A DNA stretch of 64,000 nt from Eledone cirrhosa (taxonomy: Eukaryota): contig CAXHJY010000151.1 in NCBI GenBank assembly GCA_964016885.1, forward strand, positions 186,001 through 250,000. The letters run 5' to 3'. Positions 1 through 18,531 of the stretch are shown in pieces. The position numbers were made by a program, and so were the translations under genes. The first letter of the stretch is position 1; the number at the start of each line of letters is the position of its first letter. The notes below the pieces were generated by a model. It did no database searches, was not told where the DNA came from, and was given only the letters and a program-made list of their open reading frames with translations.

Positions 1-34
1 AACTCCCACACTCCCACTTCTGTACACACCACCT

Positions 35-795
35 TTAGACTGTAAAGTGGTAGTGTACAAGTCACAACAAAAGCACCCAGTCCACTCTGTAAAGTTGATG
101 TGTTGGTGTCATAACAAAAGGCACTCAGTCCACTCTGTAAAGAGGTTGTGTAAGTGTCACAACAAAGACATCTAGTCCACACTGTAAAGTGGTCATGTAG
201 GTGTCACAACAAAAAGTACCAGTCATTATTGTAAAGTGGTTGTATAGGTGTCATAACAAAAAGCACCCAGTCGACACTGTAAAGTGGTTGTGTAGGTGTC
301 AGAACCAAAAGCACCCAGTCCACACTGTAAAGTGGTTGTGTAGGTGTCATGACAAAAAGCACTCAGTCTACATTGTAATGAGGTTGTGTAGGTGTCATGA
401 CAAAAAGCACCTAGTCCACACTGTAAAGTGGTCATGCAGGTGTCATGACAAAAAGCACCCAGTCCTCACTGTAAAGTGGTCATGTAGGTGTCATGTCAAA
501 AAGCACCCAGTCCACCCTGTAAAGTGGTTGTGTAGGTGTCATGATAAAAAGCACCCAGTCCACACAGTAAAGTGGTCATGTAGGTGTCACTAAAAAAGCA
601 CCCAGTCTACTCTGTAAAGTGGTCATGTAGGTGTCATGACAAATAGCACCCAGTCCACCCTGTAAAGTGTTCATGTAGGTGTCATGATGGAGAGTAACCA
701 GTCCACAATGTAAAGTAGCCATGTAGCTGTCACAACAAAGCACCCAGTCCACACTGTAAAGTGGTCATGTAGGTGTCATTTCAAAAAGCACCCAG
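35..795. repeat. 48-bp minisatellite (~16 units; aaaagcacccagtccacactgtaaagtggttgtgtaggtgtcatgac)
   Basis: 16-codon periodicity in ORF 201..593. Copies at 6500-7260 and 60370-61082 (one unit fewer). Confidence 0.95.
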
Positions 796-844
796 GTCCA
801 TGGCTTGGCCTGCTAACCGACGCTATACCCAAGTCGGTCGCCAT

Positions 845-985
845 GCTTTCCAGCATAGAGTTACGTCTCTTTATGGTCTGAGTTCAAATCACGCCGAGGT
901 TAACTTTGCCTTTCATCCTTACGGGGTCGATAAAATAAAGCACCAGTAATGTACTGGGGTCGATTTAATCGACTTTCCCCTCCTC
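845..985 (+). mobile_element. tRNA-derived SINE with Meta-like central domain
   Basis: B-box-like gagttcaaatc followed by ttgcctttcatccttacggggtcgataaaataaagcaccag. Copies at ~7310, ~15897, ~61132; diverged copies at ~27500-27620, ~30900-31050, 38051-38108 and on the minus strand at 37763-37825 and 46330-46410. Confidence 0.75.
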
Positions 986-1019
986 TGCCAAATGACACAC
1001 ACATGCATGGTTCGGGGGA

Positions 1020-1025
1020 ACCTAC

Positions 1026-1095
<70 letters not shown>

Positions 1096-1101
1096 GTAGG
1101 T
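1020..1101. repeat. Perfect palindrome acctacg-(TA)n-cgtaggt
   Basis: Seen directly. About 34 TA here, 15 at 16072-16115, 30 at 61307-61380. Confidence 0.9.
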
Positions 1102-1974
1102 CACTGGTTGAGTCGGTATTAACCACAGTAACTAAGGTACTCAATACATATTAGATATAGGTGTCTTTCTAATTGCTGGCCTTGTTCATAAGGTATACAC
1201 AAGTATGATGTGTGTCTGTTTAACTGTACGTGTGAAAACATCGCGAAATTGCGCCTTTTAATATTTGAATATAAACAGTTAAAAAATAATTATTTTAGTA
1301 ATTTTTAAATATCGATAATGTGTATATAAATATTAGAAATCAATTTAATTAGTTCAGTAACATTACTCGGAGTTAAGATAAACCTTCATTTGAAGAAATT
1401 CGAGATTTGACCAAATAAATAGATTATGTGATCAATAAAAAAAATATGTATACGCGCTTGAACGACGGGTTGCAGACAGTCAGGCATACAGACACATATT
1501 TTAAAGCGTGCGACGTTAAAAGTCTTACTCTCTCTCTTTTTAGATAGATAGACTTAATTAAAGCAGTTTCACTCTCTCTATATTTCATCAGCTCTCTCTC
1601 TCTTAAATTGAAAGATTCATTAAGGCTGAAATAATCTAAACAGTAACATCATTTTTCGCCAGCTCTAGCTTGCGTCCAGAGATATACACACACATATATA
1701 TATATTTTTTTTGTTATCGAGTTGAGCTTTGCCAAGCATAGAATTCCAAATTTGACCATCTCCACTGAAAATGTTCGTGAAATAGTCTTTAAGAAGCAAT
1801 TTAATTTTTTCCAACTGAAACTGTAAGTATTTTAAAATTTATTTCAACATGGTCTTAAAAGATTGTTGGCTTTTTTTAAATTCATAACTATTTACTATGA
1901 AATATAAATTATTAAATCCAATTTATTTGATAACCATGATTTGATTTTATAATTACCTGAATCACGTTAACATG

Positions 1975-2017
<43 letters not shown>

Positions 2018-2270
2018 GTGTGTGTATATATATATATATATAATAATTGTTTCTACGTTACGCAGTGTATTACTGGTACTGTATTTTACGATATTAAATA
2101 TTAAATATTAACTATTAGATATTAAATATTAAATATTAGATATTAGATATTAAATATTAAATATGATATCCCTGAAATATATATAATGAAATAAATATGG
2201 TTTTATAAATGTAATTTCCATTTGTTTAATATCAAATATATATATATATATATATATGTATTTATGTATA

Positions 2271-2272
<2 letters not shown>

Positions 2273-2358
<86 letters not shown>
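2273..2358. repeat. (CA)n microsatellite
   Basis: Seen directly. Length-variable copies at ~8735, ~17284, ~62551. Confidence 0.97.
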
Positions 2359-2362
<4 letters not shown>

Positions 2363-2588
2363 GCAGACACAGACACAGAATATCGTATATATCACACACA
2401 CACAATTAAGACTTGACGTGTTGCAGACAGCCAGACATACAGAGAGATATTTTAAAGCGTGCGACCTTAAATGCCTTACTCTTTCTCTTATCAAAAGAGA
2501 AAGAGTAATGCTAACACTTACGTCTACTTCACGCTCTCTTGAACCGTTACAGAAATTGCATCACATCTAATTATAACTTTGTACGTTT

Positions 2589-2952
<364 letters not shown>

Positions 2953-3055
2953 AATAATAATAATGAAATGATTGTGTACAGTGCTCAGGTGCACTACAAC
3001 TCATCAAAGGTGCATGTATAGTACATAGAATAATGTACAAATGTCAGGAAAATAA
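2953..3055 (-). mobile_element. CR1 LINE 3' tail fragment (~100 bp) at the tandem-unit junction
   Basis: Matches the CR1 3' end at 18258-18361 including the (TAA)n tail. Repeated at 9486-9588. Confidence 0.9.
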
Positions 3056-3549
3056 TACTCTCACATCTTTCTGTTCAAACCAGCCATAACTGGCCACTCA
3101 TACTGACGTTAAGGTATTGTTCTCAATATAAATAATATCAAAATCTCATAGATTCGATATTATATGAGATAATTATGTAAGATAAAGCCTTTACCACAAA
3201 AATACAATAGTATATATAGAGTAATAAAAATGCTAAAGGGTAAAAGTAGCTTATTATTTTGTGAGCTCTTGCTACTTATTGCTCTTGTGCATCAAGAACA
3301 TACACAGCTTACATTTTGTTGCTAATCTCACTGAGATCCAACTACATCTCTTGTTTATCCATAGTTTGGAATTTCTACCTACTCCTTTCCTTTAGAATGA
3401 TCAAGGCCATTTTCTTGTGGGGATCTAGGCCCTGTTTTCCTTTCTATTTTGCCAAGTTATCTTACATCACTTTCATTCTAGACCATGCTTCCAGGTTTGG
3501 AATTTCTCCTCTAATTTTACCACAGATTAAGTGACAAGGGTTCAATCAT

Positions 3550-5060
3550 GTGCATACAGGAGTTCCCATGGACAGCCAGTAATATGTAATAGCCTGCAGG
3601 ATGATAATAAACAGAAGAGGGTTAATTACAGAGCCCTGATAGAGGGTTAATAACAGAGCCCTGATAGACTTGTTCACTCAACTCCTCACTATAGCCATCA
3701 TTACTTTTAACCTTACTGACTGCTCCTCCATACATGGCTTTTACTGCTCTCACAAGCCACTCATATACCCCTAGTTTTCTAAGTTATACACCAGATTAGG
3801 GAAGGGGGAAGTCTCACAGAAGCTCTCTCTGGGTCAACAAATGCCAAGTAGAGGGGCTTATTTTAGCTAGGTACTACTCTTGCAGTTGCCACACAAGGAA
3901 GAGGACATCAGTGGTACTTTTACCTGGCACAAATCCAAACTTCATCTCATCTAGGTTAACTTGGTCCCTAATCAGCTGTGTTATAAATCTAACACCTTCA
4001 TGAAGTGGTCCATCTAATATCTCTATAGTTTTCTAGCTCTAGTACATCTCCTTTGCCCTTGTAGCAGTTGATGATGATGATACTACACCATTTATTTGGT
4101 ATGACACCATTTTGTATTACATGCTGTACGATACCAGTGGTTAAGATGTGACCCACCATCCCAGATACTTTCAGTATCTCAGCAACTATCACCAATGGAC
4201 AAGATACTTTCTCTGTCTTCATATCCTTAATTACCTTACTTCATATCCTTAATTACCTTACTGCTTACTTGTATGGCTGGACCCTCTGTTGGGCCCACTT
4301 TCCGTAGACTATCTTCCTCCCATGCATTCTCCTCATTCAGTAATCTTTCATAAAGGCATTTCCATGTTACAAAGGTTGGCTGAAAAGTTCATAGACTATC
4401 AATGATAGCATGATGCTAGAGCTGTGAAATCTTGCCTGCATTAATTTCAACTCTTCTTATTAATAACTGCATTGTTTCCTTCCAGGGACTATGTTGAAAA
4501 ATAAACCTCATTTGGTCATTCCATGAGTGTATCTTGGTCTGCCTATGAACTTTTCAGCTGACCCTATTCACCATCAGTGAGCCCAAATGCCCCATTATCA
4601 TCCTGGACACACTTTACCCCAACATCACAATTTGCCCTCACACACTGCCTCACAATCCTGAACATCTCATGTATTTCATCCTCACATCATAAAACCAACT
4701 GAAATTATATATTCTCTGCTTCCCTCCTTGCAAAGAATACTTCTTGCCTAGCTTCCTGTAGTGTACCCTCCAGCTGCCTCCATTCTGCCATTATTCCATG
4801 CCTGTCTCTTGGCCTTAACTGTCTCATCTACCCTAGTGTTTCACCACCAAGATACTCTCCTCTCTGAAGCCCTGCTCCAGCCACAGATCTAGTTTGACAC
4901 CTTCAGCAAAGGTTCTTTAAGGAACTCCCACTGTTCCCCTATATTGTATGTTTCTATTTGTTCTTCCTTACTGTTGTAAAGATCAAACAAAATATCTCTA
5001 AATTTGGAACTGGCTGAGGGGTCCTTTAACTTCCATATCCTTCTCCTCCAAGTTGCCCTC
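3550..5060 (-). pseudogene. Decayed RTE-clade LINE ORF remnant
   Basis: IPNKWCSIIIINCYKGKGDVLELENYRDI resembles the RTE IP..W......YKGKGD...NYRGI motif; many stops. Copies at ~10083, ~14151, ~47026, ~57420. Confidence 0.8.
4368..4566. mobile_element. Tc1/mariner-like MITE (~200 bp) inserted in the RTE remnant
   Basis: TIRs aggttggctgaaaagttcatagac / gcctatgaacttttcagctgaccct with TA near both ends. Present in all five segment copies. Confidence 0.75.
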
Positions 5061-5279
5061 AGTCTTCAAGTTCATCTAAGTCTATGAAATCACTAACTAC
5101 TGGGTTATGTTGGGAGGTGCATTCTTCCCCAGGGGGTGGGGATTGTGTGTTTACAAATGTCAATATCTCATCTTCTGGTGAGGATAAAAATCTGACTGGC
5201 ATGCTCCTCTGACCAATAGGTGTTGAAGTGGTTGTCGGGTAAACGTTAAGACCCTCTGATATACATATATATATATATA

Positions 5280-5345
5280 CTAGCAGTGGTACCCGGCGTT
5301 GCACGGGATAACGTATTTCGGAACGCGGGCCGCCATCTTCCACTT
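5280..5345 (-). mobile_element. Helitron 3' terminus (hairpin + CTAG) in a (TA)n site
   Basis: Minus strand reads cccgtgcaacgccggg-taccactg-CTAG|T. Copies at 11813, 48756, 59150; truncated at 15881. Confidence 0.75.
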
Positions 5346-5599
5346 CAGCCGGTCGCCCTAAAGTGTTGGCTATTCAGTCTACTTGAGGCCAGTTGGTGAG
5401 GGGGGGTAAAGCTTTCAGTGTGCTACTACCCTCACGGTCAAATAGAAAGGGAGAGGAAGAAAAGTCAGCGTTAATATCGTGCTACACGTTTGAAAGGTTG
5501 GATGACCTTAGAGTTCACCAGGGTGGGGGGTTCTAAAAGTATCTATCTTGGTATTTTATCTTAGAAGTAATCATTACAGAGTGTACTGGGTGTATTTTA

Positions 5600-6400
5600 G
5601 TGGGCAGTAATTCCATAAAGAACACAGTATAATCTGTGGACACAAGCCTTGCAGTGTGATTACAGGCAGGTTAATGGGAAAGATAGATTATATATGTGAC
5701 ATGATGTACATGAGAAGTGAGGACACAGACCACACATGAAATAGATTCCTACAACTGTCAGGGAGGCTCCCTAGAATTACAGATGACATATTTCAATATC
5801 TCGGTGATCAAGTTAGCAGTGGAGGAAGAATCTCTAAAAGTGTAATACCCAGGATAAGGACAGGCTGGAAGAAGTTTAGAGTACTGTTCCATCTGTTGAC
5901 AACAAAGGGCTTCTCTCTCAGAATGGAGGCTAGACTGCTTGATACTTATGTGTGGTCTGCAATCTACACCCCAGCCATGCCCCTTCCACTACCACTCCTT
6001 AGCTATTTCTCTCCATTAATACTCCTCACATTTCAAGCAGTTTTCTCATCTCAATGAAAGAAAAATATTGGGCTCAAGAGAAGTCTTCAGTTATGCCATG
6101 GTGTGGCAACCTCCCTAGGGTTGGGCAGAGTGTAAATGAGAGTGAAATTAGGTATGAGAGGGATCAGATGCAGTATACAAGAGAGTAGATTACATTGGTA
6201 TGGTCATGTGATGGGTATAAAGGATGACAGCTGTATAAAAATGTGCTGGGCAATCAAAGTTGATGGAAGTTATGAAGGCGGAAGACCCAGGATGACCTGG
6301 GATGAGGTGATAAAAGATGACTTTGCACAATTGCAACTCTCAAAGACAATGACACAGGATAGAGATCTTGAGATGTATGCAGCAATACAGAAGGCCTGCT
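5600..6400 (+). pseudogene. Decayed RTE-clade RT C-terminal remnant
   Basis: RLHWYGHVM...GRPRMTWDEVIKDD is the typical RTE C-terminal motif. Copies at ~12130-12892 and ~59470-60270. Confidence 0.8.
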
Positions 6401-7490
6401 TTCCAATGTGCACGGACTCAAACATACATCTAGTAGGCCCCTCCTAACCACTATACTCCTTTCCAAACTCCCACACTCCCACTTCTGTACACACCACCTT
6501 TAGACTGTAAAGTGGTAGTGTACAAGTCACAACAAAAGCACCCAGTCCACTCTGTAAAGTTGATGTGTTGGTGTCATAACAAAAGGCACTCAGTCCACTC
6601 TGTAAAGAGGTTGTGTAAGTGTCACAACAAAGACATCTAGTCCACACTGTAAAGTGGTCATGTAGGTGTCACAACAAAAAGTACCAGTCATTATTGTAAA
6701 GTGGTTGTATAGGTGTCATAACAAAAAGCACCCAGTCGACACTGTAAAGTGGTTGTGTAGGTGTCAGAACCAAAAGCACCCAGTCCACACTGTAAAGTGG
6801 TTGTGTAGGTGTCATGACAAAAAGCACTCAGTCTACATTGTAATGAGGTTGTGTAGGTGTCATGACAAAAAGCACCTAGTCCACACTGTAAAGTGGTCAT
6901 GCAGGTGTCATGACAAAAAGCACCCAGTCCTCACTGTAAAGTGGTCATGTAGGTGTCATGTCAAAAAGCACCCAGTCCACCCTGTAAAGTGGTTGTGTAG
7001 GTGTCATGATAAAAAGCACCCAGTCCACACAGTAAAGTGGTCATGTAGGTGTCACTAAAAAAGCACCCAGTCTACTCTGTAAAGTGGTCATGTAGGTGTC
7101 ATGACAAATAGCACCCAGTCCACCCTGTAAAGTGTTCATGTAGGTGTCATGATGGAGAGTAACCAGTCCACAATGTAAAGTAGCCATGTAGCTGTCACAA
7201 CAAAGCACCCAGTCCACACTGTAAAGTGGTCATGTAGGTGTCATTTCAAAAAGCACCCAGGTCCATGGCTTGGCCTGCTAACCGACGCTATACCCAAGTC
7301 GGTCGCCATGCTTTCCAGCATAGAGTTACGTCTCTTTATGGTCTGAGTTCAAATCACGCCGAGGTTAACTTTGCCTTTCATCCTTACGGGGTCGATAAAA
7401 TAAAGCACCAGTAATGTACTGGGGTCGATTTAATCGACTTTCCCCTCCTCTGCCAAATGACACACACATGCATGGTTCGGGGGAACCTAC

Positions 7491-7560
<70 letters not shown>

Positions 7561-8439
7561 GTAGGTCACTGGTTGAGTCGGTATTAACCACAGTAACTAA
7601 GGTACTCAATACATATTAGATATAGGTGTCTTTCTAATTGCTGGCCTTGTTCATAAGGTATACACAAGTATGATGTGTGTCTGTTTAACTGTACGTGTGA
7701 AAACATCGCGAAATTGCGCCTTTTAATATTTGAATATAAACAGTTAAAAAATAATTATTTTAGTAATTTTTAAATATCGATAATGTGTATATAAATATTA
7801 GAAATCAATTTAATTAGTTCAGTAACATTACTCGGAGTTAAGATAAACCTTCATTTGAAGAAATTCGAGATTTGACCAAATAAATAGATTATGTGATCAA
7901 TAAAAAAAATATGTATACGCGCTTGAACGACGGGTTGCAGACAGTCAGGCATACAGACACATATTTTAAAGCGTGCGACGTTAAAAGTCTTACTCTCTCT
8001 CTTTTTAGATAGATAGACTTAATTAAAGCAGTTTCACTCTCTCTATATTTCATCAGCTCTCTCTCTCTTAAATTGAAAGATTCATTAAGGCTGAAATAAT
8101 CTAAACAGTAACATCATTTTTCGCCAGCTCTAGCTTGCGTCCAGAGATATACACACACATATATATATATTTTTTTTGTTATCGAGTTGAGCTTTGCCAA
8201 GCATAGAATTCCAAATTTGACCATCTCCACTGAAAATGTTCGTGAAATAGTCTTTAAGAAGCAATTTAATTTTTTCCAACTGAAACTGTAAGTATTTTAA
8301 AATTTATTTCAACATGGTCTTAAAAGATTGTTGGCTTTTTTTAAATTCATAACTATTTACTATGAAATATAAATTATTAAATCCAATTTATTTGATAACC
8401 ATGATTTGATTTTATAATTACCTGAATCACGTTAACATG

Positions 8440-8480
<41 letters not shown>

Positions 8481-8733
8481 GTGTGTGTATATATATATAT
8501 ATATAATAATTGTTTCTACGTTACGCAGTGTATTACTGGTACTGTATTTTACGATATTAAATATTAAATATTAACTATTAGATATTAAATATTAAATATT
8601 AGATATTAGATATTAAATATTAAATATGATATCCCTGAAATATATATAATGAAATAAATATGGTTTTATAAATGTAATTTCCATTTGTTTAATATCAAAT
8701 ATATATATATATATATATATGTATTTATGTATA

Positions 8734-8847
<114 letters not shown>

Positions 8848-9074
8848 GCAGACACAGACACAGAATATCGTATATATCACACACACACAATTAAGACTTG
8901 ACGTGTTGCAGACAGCCAGACATACAGAGAGATATTTTAAAGCGTGCGACCTTAAATTTCTTACTCTTTCTCTTATCAAAAGAGAAAGAGTAATGCTAAC
9001 ACTTACGTCTACTTCACGCTCTCTTGAACCGTTACAGAAATTGCATCACATCTAATTATAACTTTGTACGTTTG

Positions 9075-9255
<181 letters not shown>

Positions 9256-9317
9256 GTGTGTGTGTGTATATATATACACACACACGTGTATATATATATA
9301 TATATATACACACACAC

Positions 9318-9348
<31 letters not shown>

Positions 9349-12300
9349 AATACACACACACGTGTGTGTGTATATATATATATATATACACACACACACG
9401 TGTGTGTGTATATATTTATATATATATATATACACACGTGTGTGTGTATTTATATATATATACACACACACGTGTGTGTGTATATAATAATAATAATGAA
9501 ATGATTGTGTACAGTGCTCAGGTGCACTACAACTCATCAAAGGTGCATGTATAGTACATAGAATAATGTACAAATGTCAGGAAAATAATACTCTCACATC
9601 TTTCTGTTCAAACCAGCCATAACTGGCCACTCATACTGACGTTAAGGTATTGTTCTCAATATAAATAATATCAAAATCTCATAGATTCGATATTATATGA
9701 GATAATTATGTAAGATAAAGCCTTTACCACAAAAATACAATAGTATATATAGAGTAATAAAAATGCTAAAGGGTAAAAGTAGCTTATTATTTTGTGAGCT
9801 CTTGCTACTTATTGCTCTTGTGCATCAAGAACATACACAGCTTACATTTTGTTGCTAATCTCACTGAGATCCAACTACATCTCTTGTTTATCCATAGTTT
9901 GGAATTTCTACCTACTCCTTTCCTTTAGAATGATCAAGGCCATTTTCTTGTGGGGATCTAGGCCCTGTTTTCCTTTCTATTTTGCCAAGTTATCTTACAT
10001 CACTTTCATTCTAGACCATGCTTCCAGGTTTGGAAGTTCTCCTCTAATTTTACCACAGATTAAGTGACAAGGGTTCAATCATGTGCATACAGGAGTTCCC
10101 ATGGACAGCCAGTAATATGTAATAGCCTGCAGGATGATAATAAACAGAAGAGGGTTAATTACAGAGCCCTGATAGAGGGTTAATAACAGAGCCCTGATAG
10201 ACTTGTTCACTCAACTCCTCACTATAGCCATCATTACTTTTAACCTTACTGACTGCTCCTCCATACATGGCTTTTACTGCTCTCACAAGCCACTCATATA
10301 CCCCTAGTTTTCTAAGTTATACACCAGATTAGGGAAGGGGGAAGTCTCACAGAAGCTCTCTCTGGGTCAACAAATGCCAAGTAGAGGGGCTTATTTTAGC
10401 TAGGTACTACTCTTGCAGTTGCCACACAAGGAAGAGGACATCAGTGGTACTTTTACCTGGCACAAATCCAAACTTCATCTCATCTAGGTTAACTTGGTCC
10501 CTAATCAGCTGTGTTATAAATCTAACACCTTCATGAAGTGGTCCATCTAATATCTCTATAGTTTTCTAGCTCTAGTACATCTCCTTTGCCCTTGTAGCAG
10601 TTGATGATGATGATACTACACCATTTATTTGGTATGACACCATTTTGTATTACATGCTGTACGATACCAGTGGTTAAGATGTGACCCACCATCCCAGATA
10701 CTTTCAGTATCTCAGCAACTATCACCAATGGACAAGATACTTTCTCTGTCTTCATATCCTTAATTACCTTACTTCATATCCTTAATTACCTTACTGCTTA
10801 CTTGTATGGCTGGACCCTCTGTTGGGCCCACTTTCCGTAGACTATCTTCCTCCCATGCATTCTCCTCATTCAGTAATCTTTCATAAAGGCATTTCCATGT
10901 TACAAAGGTTGGCTGAAAAGTTCATAGACTATCAATGATAGCATGATGCTAGAGCTGTGAAATCTTGCCTGCATTAATTTCAACTCTTCTTATTAATAAC
11001 TGCATTGTTTCCTTCCAGGGACTATGTTGAAAAATAAACCTCATTTGGTCATTCCATGAGTGTATCTTGGTCTGCCTATGAACTTTTCAGCTGACCCTAT
11101 TCACCATCAGTGAGCCCAAATGCCCCATTATCATCCTGGACACACTTTACCCCAACATCACAATTTGCCCTCACACACTGCCTCACAATCCTGAACATCT
11201 CATGTATTTCATCCTCACATCATAAAACCAACTGAAATTATATATTCTCTGCTTCCCTCCTTGCAAAGAATACTTCTTGCCTAGCTTCCTGTAGTGTACC
11301 CTCCAGCTGCCTCCATTCTGCCATTATTCCATGCCTGTCTCTTGGCCTTAACTGTCTCATCTACCCTAGTGTTTCACCACCAAGATACTCTCCTCTCTGA
11401 AGCCCTGCTCCAGCCACAGATCTAGTTTGACACCTTCAGCAAAGGTTCTTTAAGGAACTCCCACTGTTCCCCTATATTGTATGTTTCTATTTGTTCTTCC
11501 TTACTGTTGTAAAGATCAAACAAAATATCTCTAAATTTGGAACTGGCTGAGGGGTCCTTTAACTTCCATATCCTTCTCCTCCAAGTTGCCCTCAGTCTTC
11601 AAGTTCATCTAAGTCTATGAAATCACTAACTACTGGGTTATGTTGGGAGGTGCATTCTTCCCCAGGGGGTGGGGATTGTGTGTTTACAAATGTCAATATC
11701 TCATCTTCTGGTGAGGATAAAAATCTGACTGGCATGCTCCTCTGACCAATAGGTGTTGAAGTGGTTGTCGGGTAAACGTTAAGACCCTCTGATATACATA
11801 TATATATATATACTAGCAGTGGTACCCGGCGTTGCACGGGATAACGTATTTCGGAACGCGGGCCGCCATCTTCCACTTCAGCCGGTCGCCCTAAAGTGTT
11901 GGCTATTCAGTCTACTTGAGGCCAGTTGGTGAGGGGGGGTAAAGCTTTCAGTGTGCTACTACCCTCACGGTCAAATAGAAAGGGAGAGGAAGAAAAGTCA
12001 GCGTTAATATCGTGCTACACGTTTGAAAGGTTGGATGACCTTAGAGTTCACCAGGGTGGGGGGTTCTAAAAGTATCTATCTTGGTATTTTATCTTAGAAG
12101 TAATCATTACAGAGTGTACTGGGTGTATTTTAGTGGGCAGTAATTCCATAAAGAACACAGTATAATCTGTGGACACAAGCCTTGCAGTGTGATTACAGGC
12201 AGGTTAATGGGAAAGATAGATTATATATGTGACATGATGTACATGAGAAGTGAGGACACAGACCACACATGAAATAGATTCCTACAACTGTCAGGGAGGC

Positions 12301-13299
12301 TCCCTAGAATTACAGATGACATATTTCAATATCTCGGTGATCAAGTTAGCAGTGGAGGAAGAATCTCTAAAAGTGTAATACCCAGGATAAGGACAGGCTG
12401 GAAGAAGTTTAGAGTACTGTTCCATCTGTTGACAACAAAGGGCTTCTCTCTCAGAATGGAGGCTAGACTGCTTGATACTTATGTGTGGTCTGCAATCTAC
12501 ACCCCAGCCATGCCCCTTCCACTACCACTCCTTAGCTATTTCTCTCCATTAATACTCCTCACATTTCAAGCAGTTTTCTCATCTCAATGAAAGAAAAATA
12601 TTGGGCTCAAGAGAAGTCTTCAGTTATGCCATGGTGTGGCAACCTCCCTAGGGTTGGGCAGAGTGTAAATGAGAGTGAAATTAGGTATGAGAGGGATCAG
12701 ATGCAGTATACAAGAGAGTAGATTACATTGGTATGGTCATGTGATGGGTATAAAGGATGACAGCTGTATAAAAATGTGCTGGGCAATCAAAGTTGATGGA
12801 AGTTATGAAGGCGGAAGACCTAGGATGAGGTGATAAAAGATGACTTTGCACAATTGCAACTCTCAAAGACAATGACACAGGATAGAGATCTTATTTATGT
12901 TTATTTACGTTTAGCGTAATCGATTTGTTTTCGATTTGTTTCCATATCACCACGCGTTTTATTTCATAGTCATAGTTATCAAGTTAGAAAACAAATGAAG
13001 TTCAGGGGGCCGACACTACCGACTTTCTTAAAGAAAAACAATTTAACGCGGGTAACTACAAGATAACCTTGATTTGTAATACTGGCAGACATTGAAATAT
13101 TTAAAATTCTCTATAATTTCCTTTTTATCAGGTCCCAAGCAGTAACACTTCGAATATTTCAATAAATATTAACCAGTTACTCCCGTTTTCGTTCTTTCTT
13201 TAATGTGCACTCTTTCTTTCTTTAATGTGCATTCTTTCTTTCCTCTACACTGCATCTGACCTCTCTTATACCTAGTTTCTCTCTCAGTTTATTAATGCT

Positions 13300-13553
13300 T
13301 GTTGTTCATGCACACTATTACACATCTATCAGATCCTGTAAACTTCATTTCTTTCCAGTCTTTATAGGTCCTCTGAATATATTGCCCTGGTCTCACTTCA
13401 ATGTAACATTGCTGTTTGTACACAGACTTCATACAATCTGCCTTTCACTTTCAGGGGAAATCATTTTGTAGGCATCAGTAGTAGTAGCTCCCTAAACTGT
13501 TTCCATCCCATTCTCACTCAGGCTACTGTACCTTCAGAACACCCACCTCCACT
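13300..13553 (-). pseudogene. RTE remnant
   Basis: Minus strand translates to about SGGGCSEG...RMGWKQFRELLLL...FPLKVKGRLYEVCVQTAML. Confidence 0.65.
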
Positions 13554-13554
13554 G

Positions 13555-18361
<4,807 letters not shown>

Positions 18362-18531
18362 ACAGTGTATGAGTCATGATATAATAACAATAACAATAAT
18401 GAAATATTGTGCACAGTGCCCAGGTGCACCACAACCCATCAAAAAAGTGCATGTACAGTACATAGGGCAATGCACAAACATCAGTAAAATGAACAGTGCA
18501 CACATGTGTGCATGTGTATGGAAGGGGCACA

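Noticed and set aside
201-593. Cys/His-rich 130-aa ORF resembling a metal-binding repeat protein
   Set aside because: It is the translation of a 48-bp minisatellite with a GTG start. The array extends beyond the ORF on both sides, and the spacing is neither C2H2 nor CxxCH.
3316-3534. 72-aa hydrophobic ORF present in five copies
   Set aside because: Conservation reflects recent duplication only. It has a TTG start and lies between a MITE and an RTE remnant.
5059-5343. 94-aa ORF MEDGGP...
   Set aside because: It reads across a Helitron end and a (TA)n tract into unrelated sequence, so it is a chance fusion.
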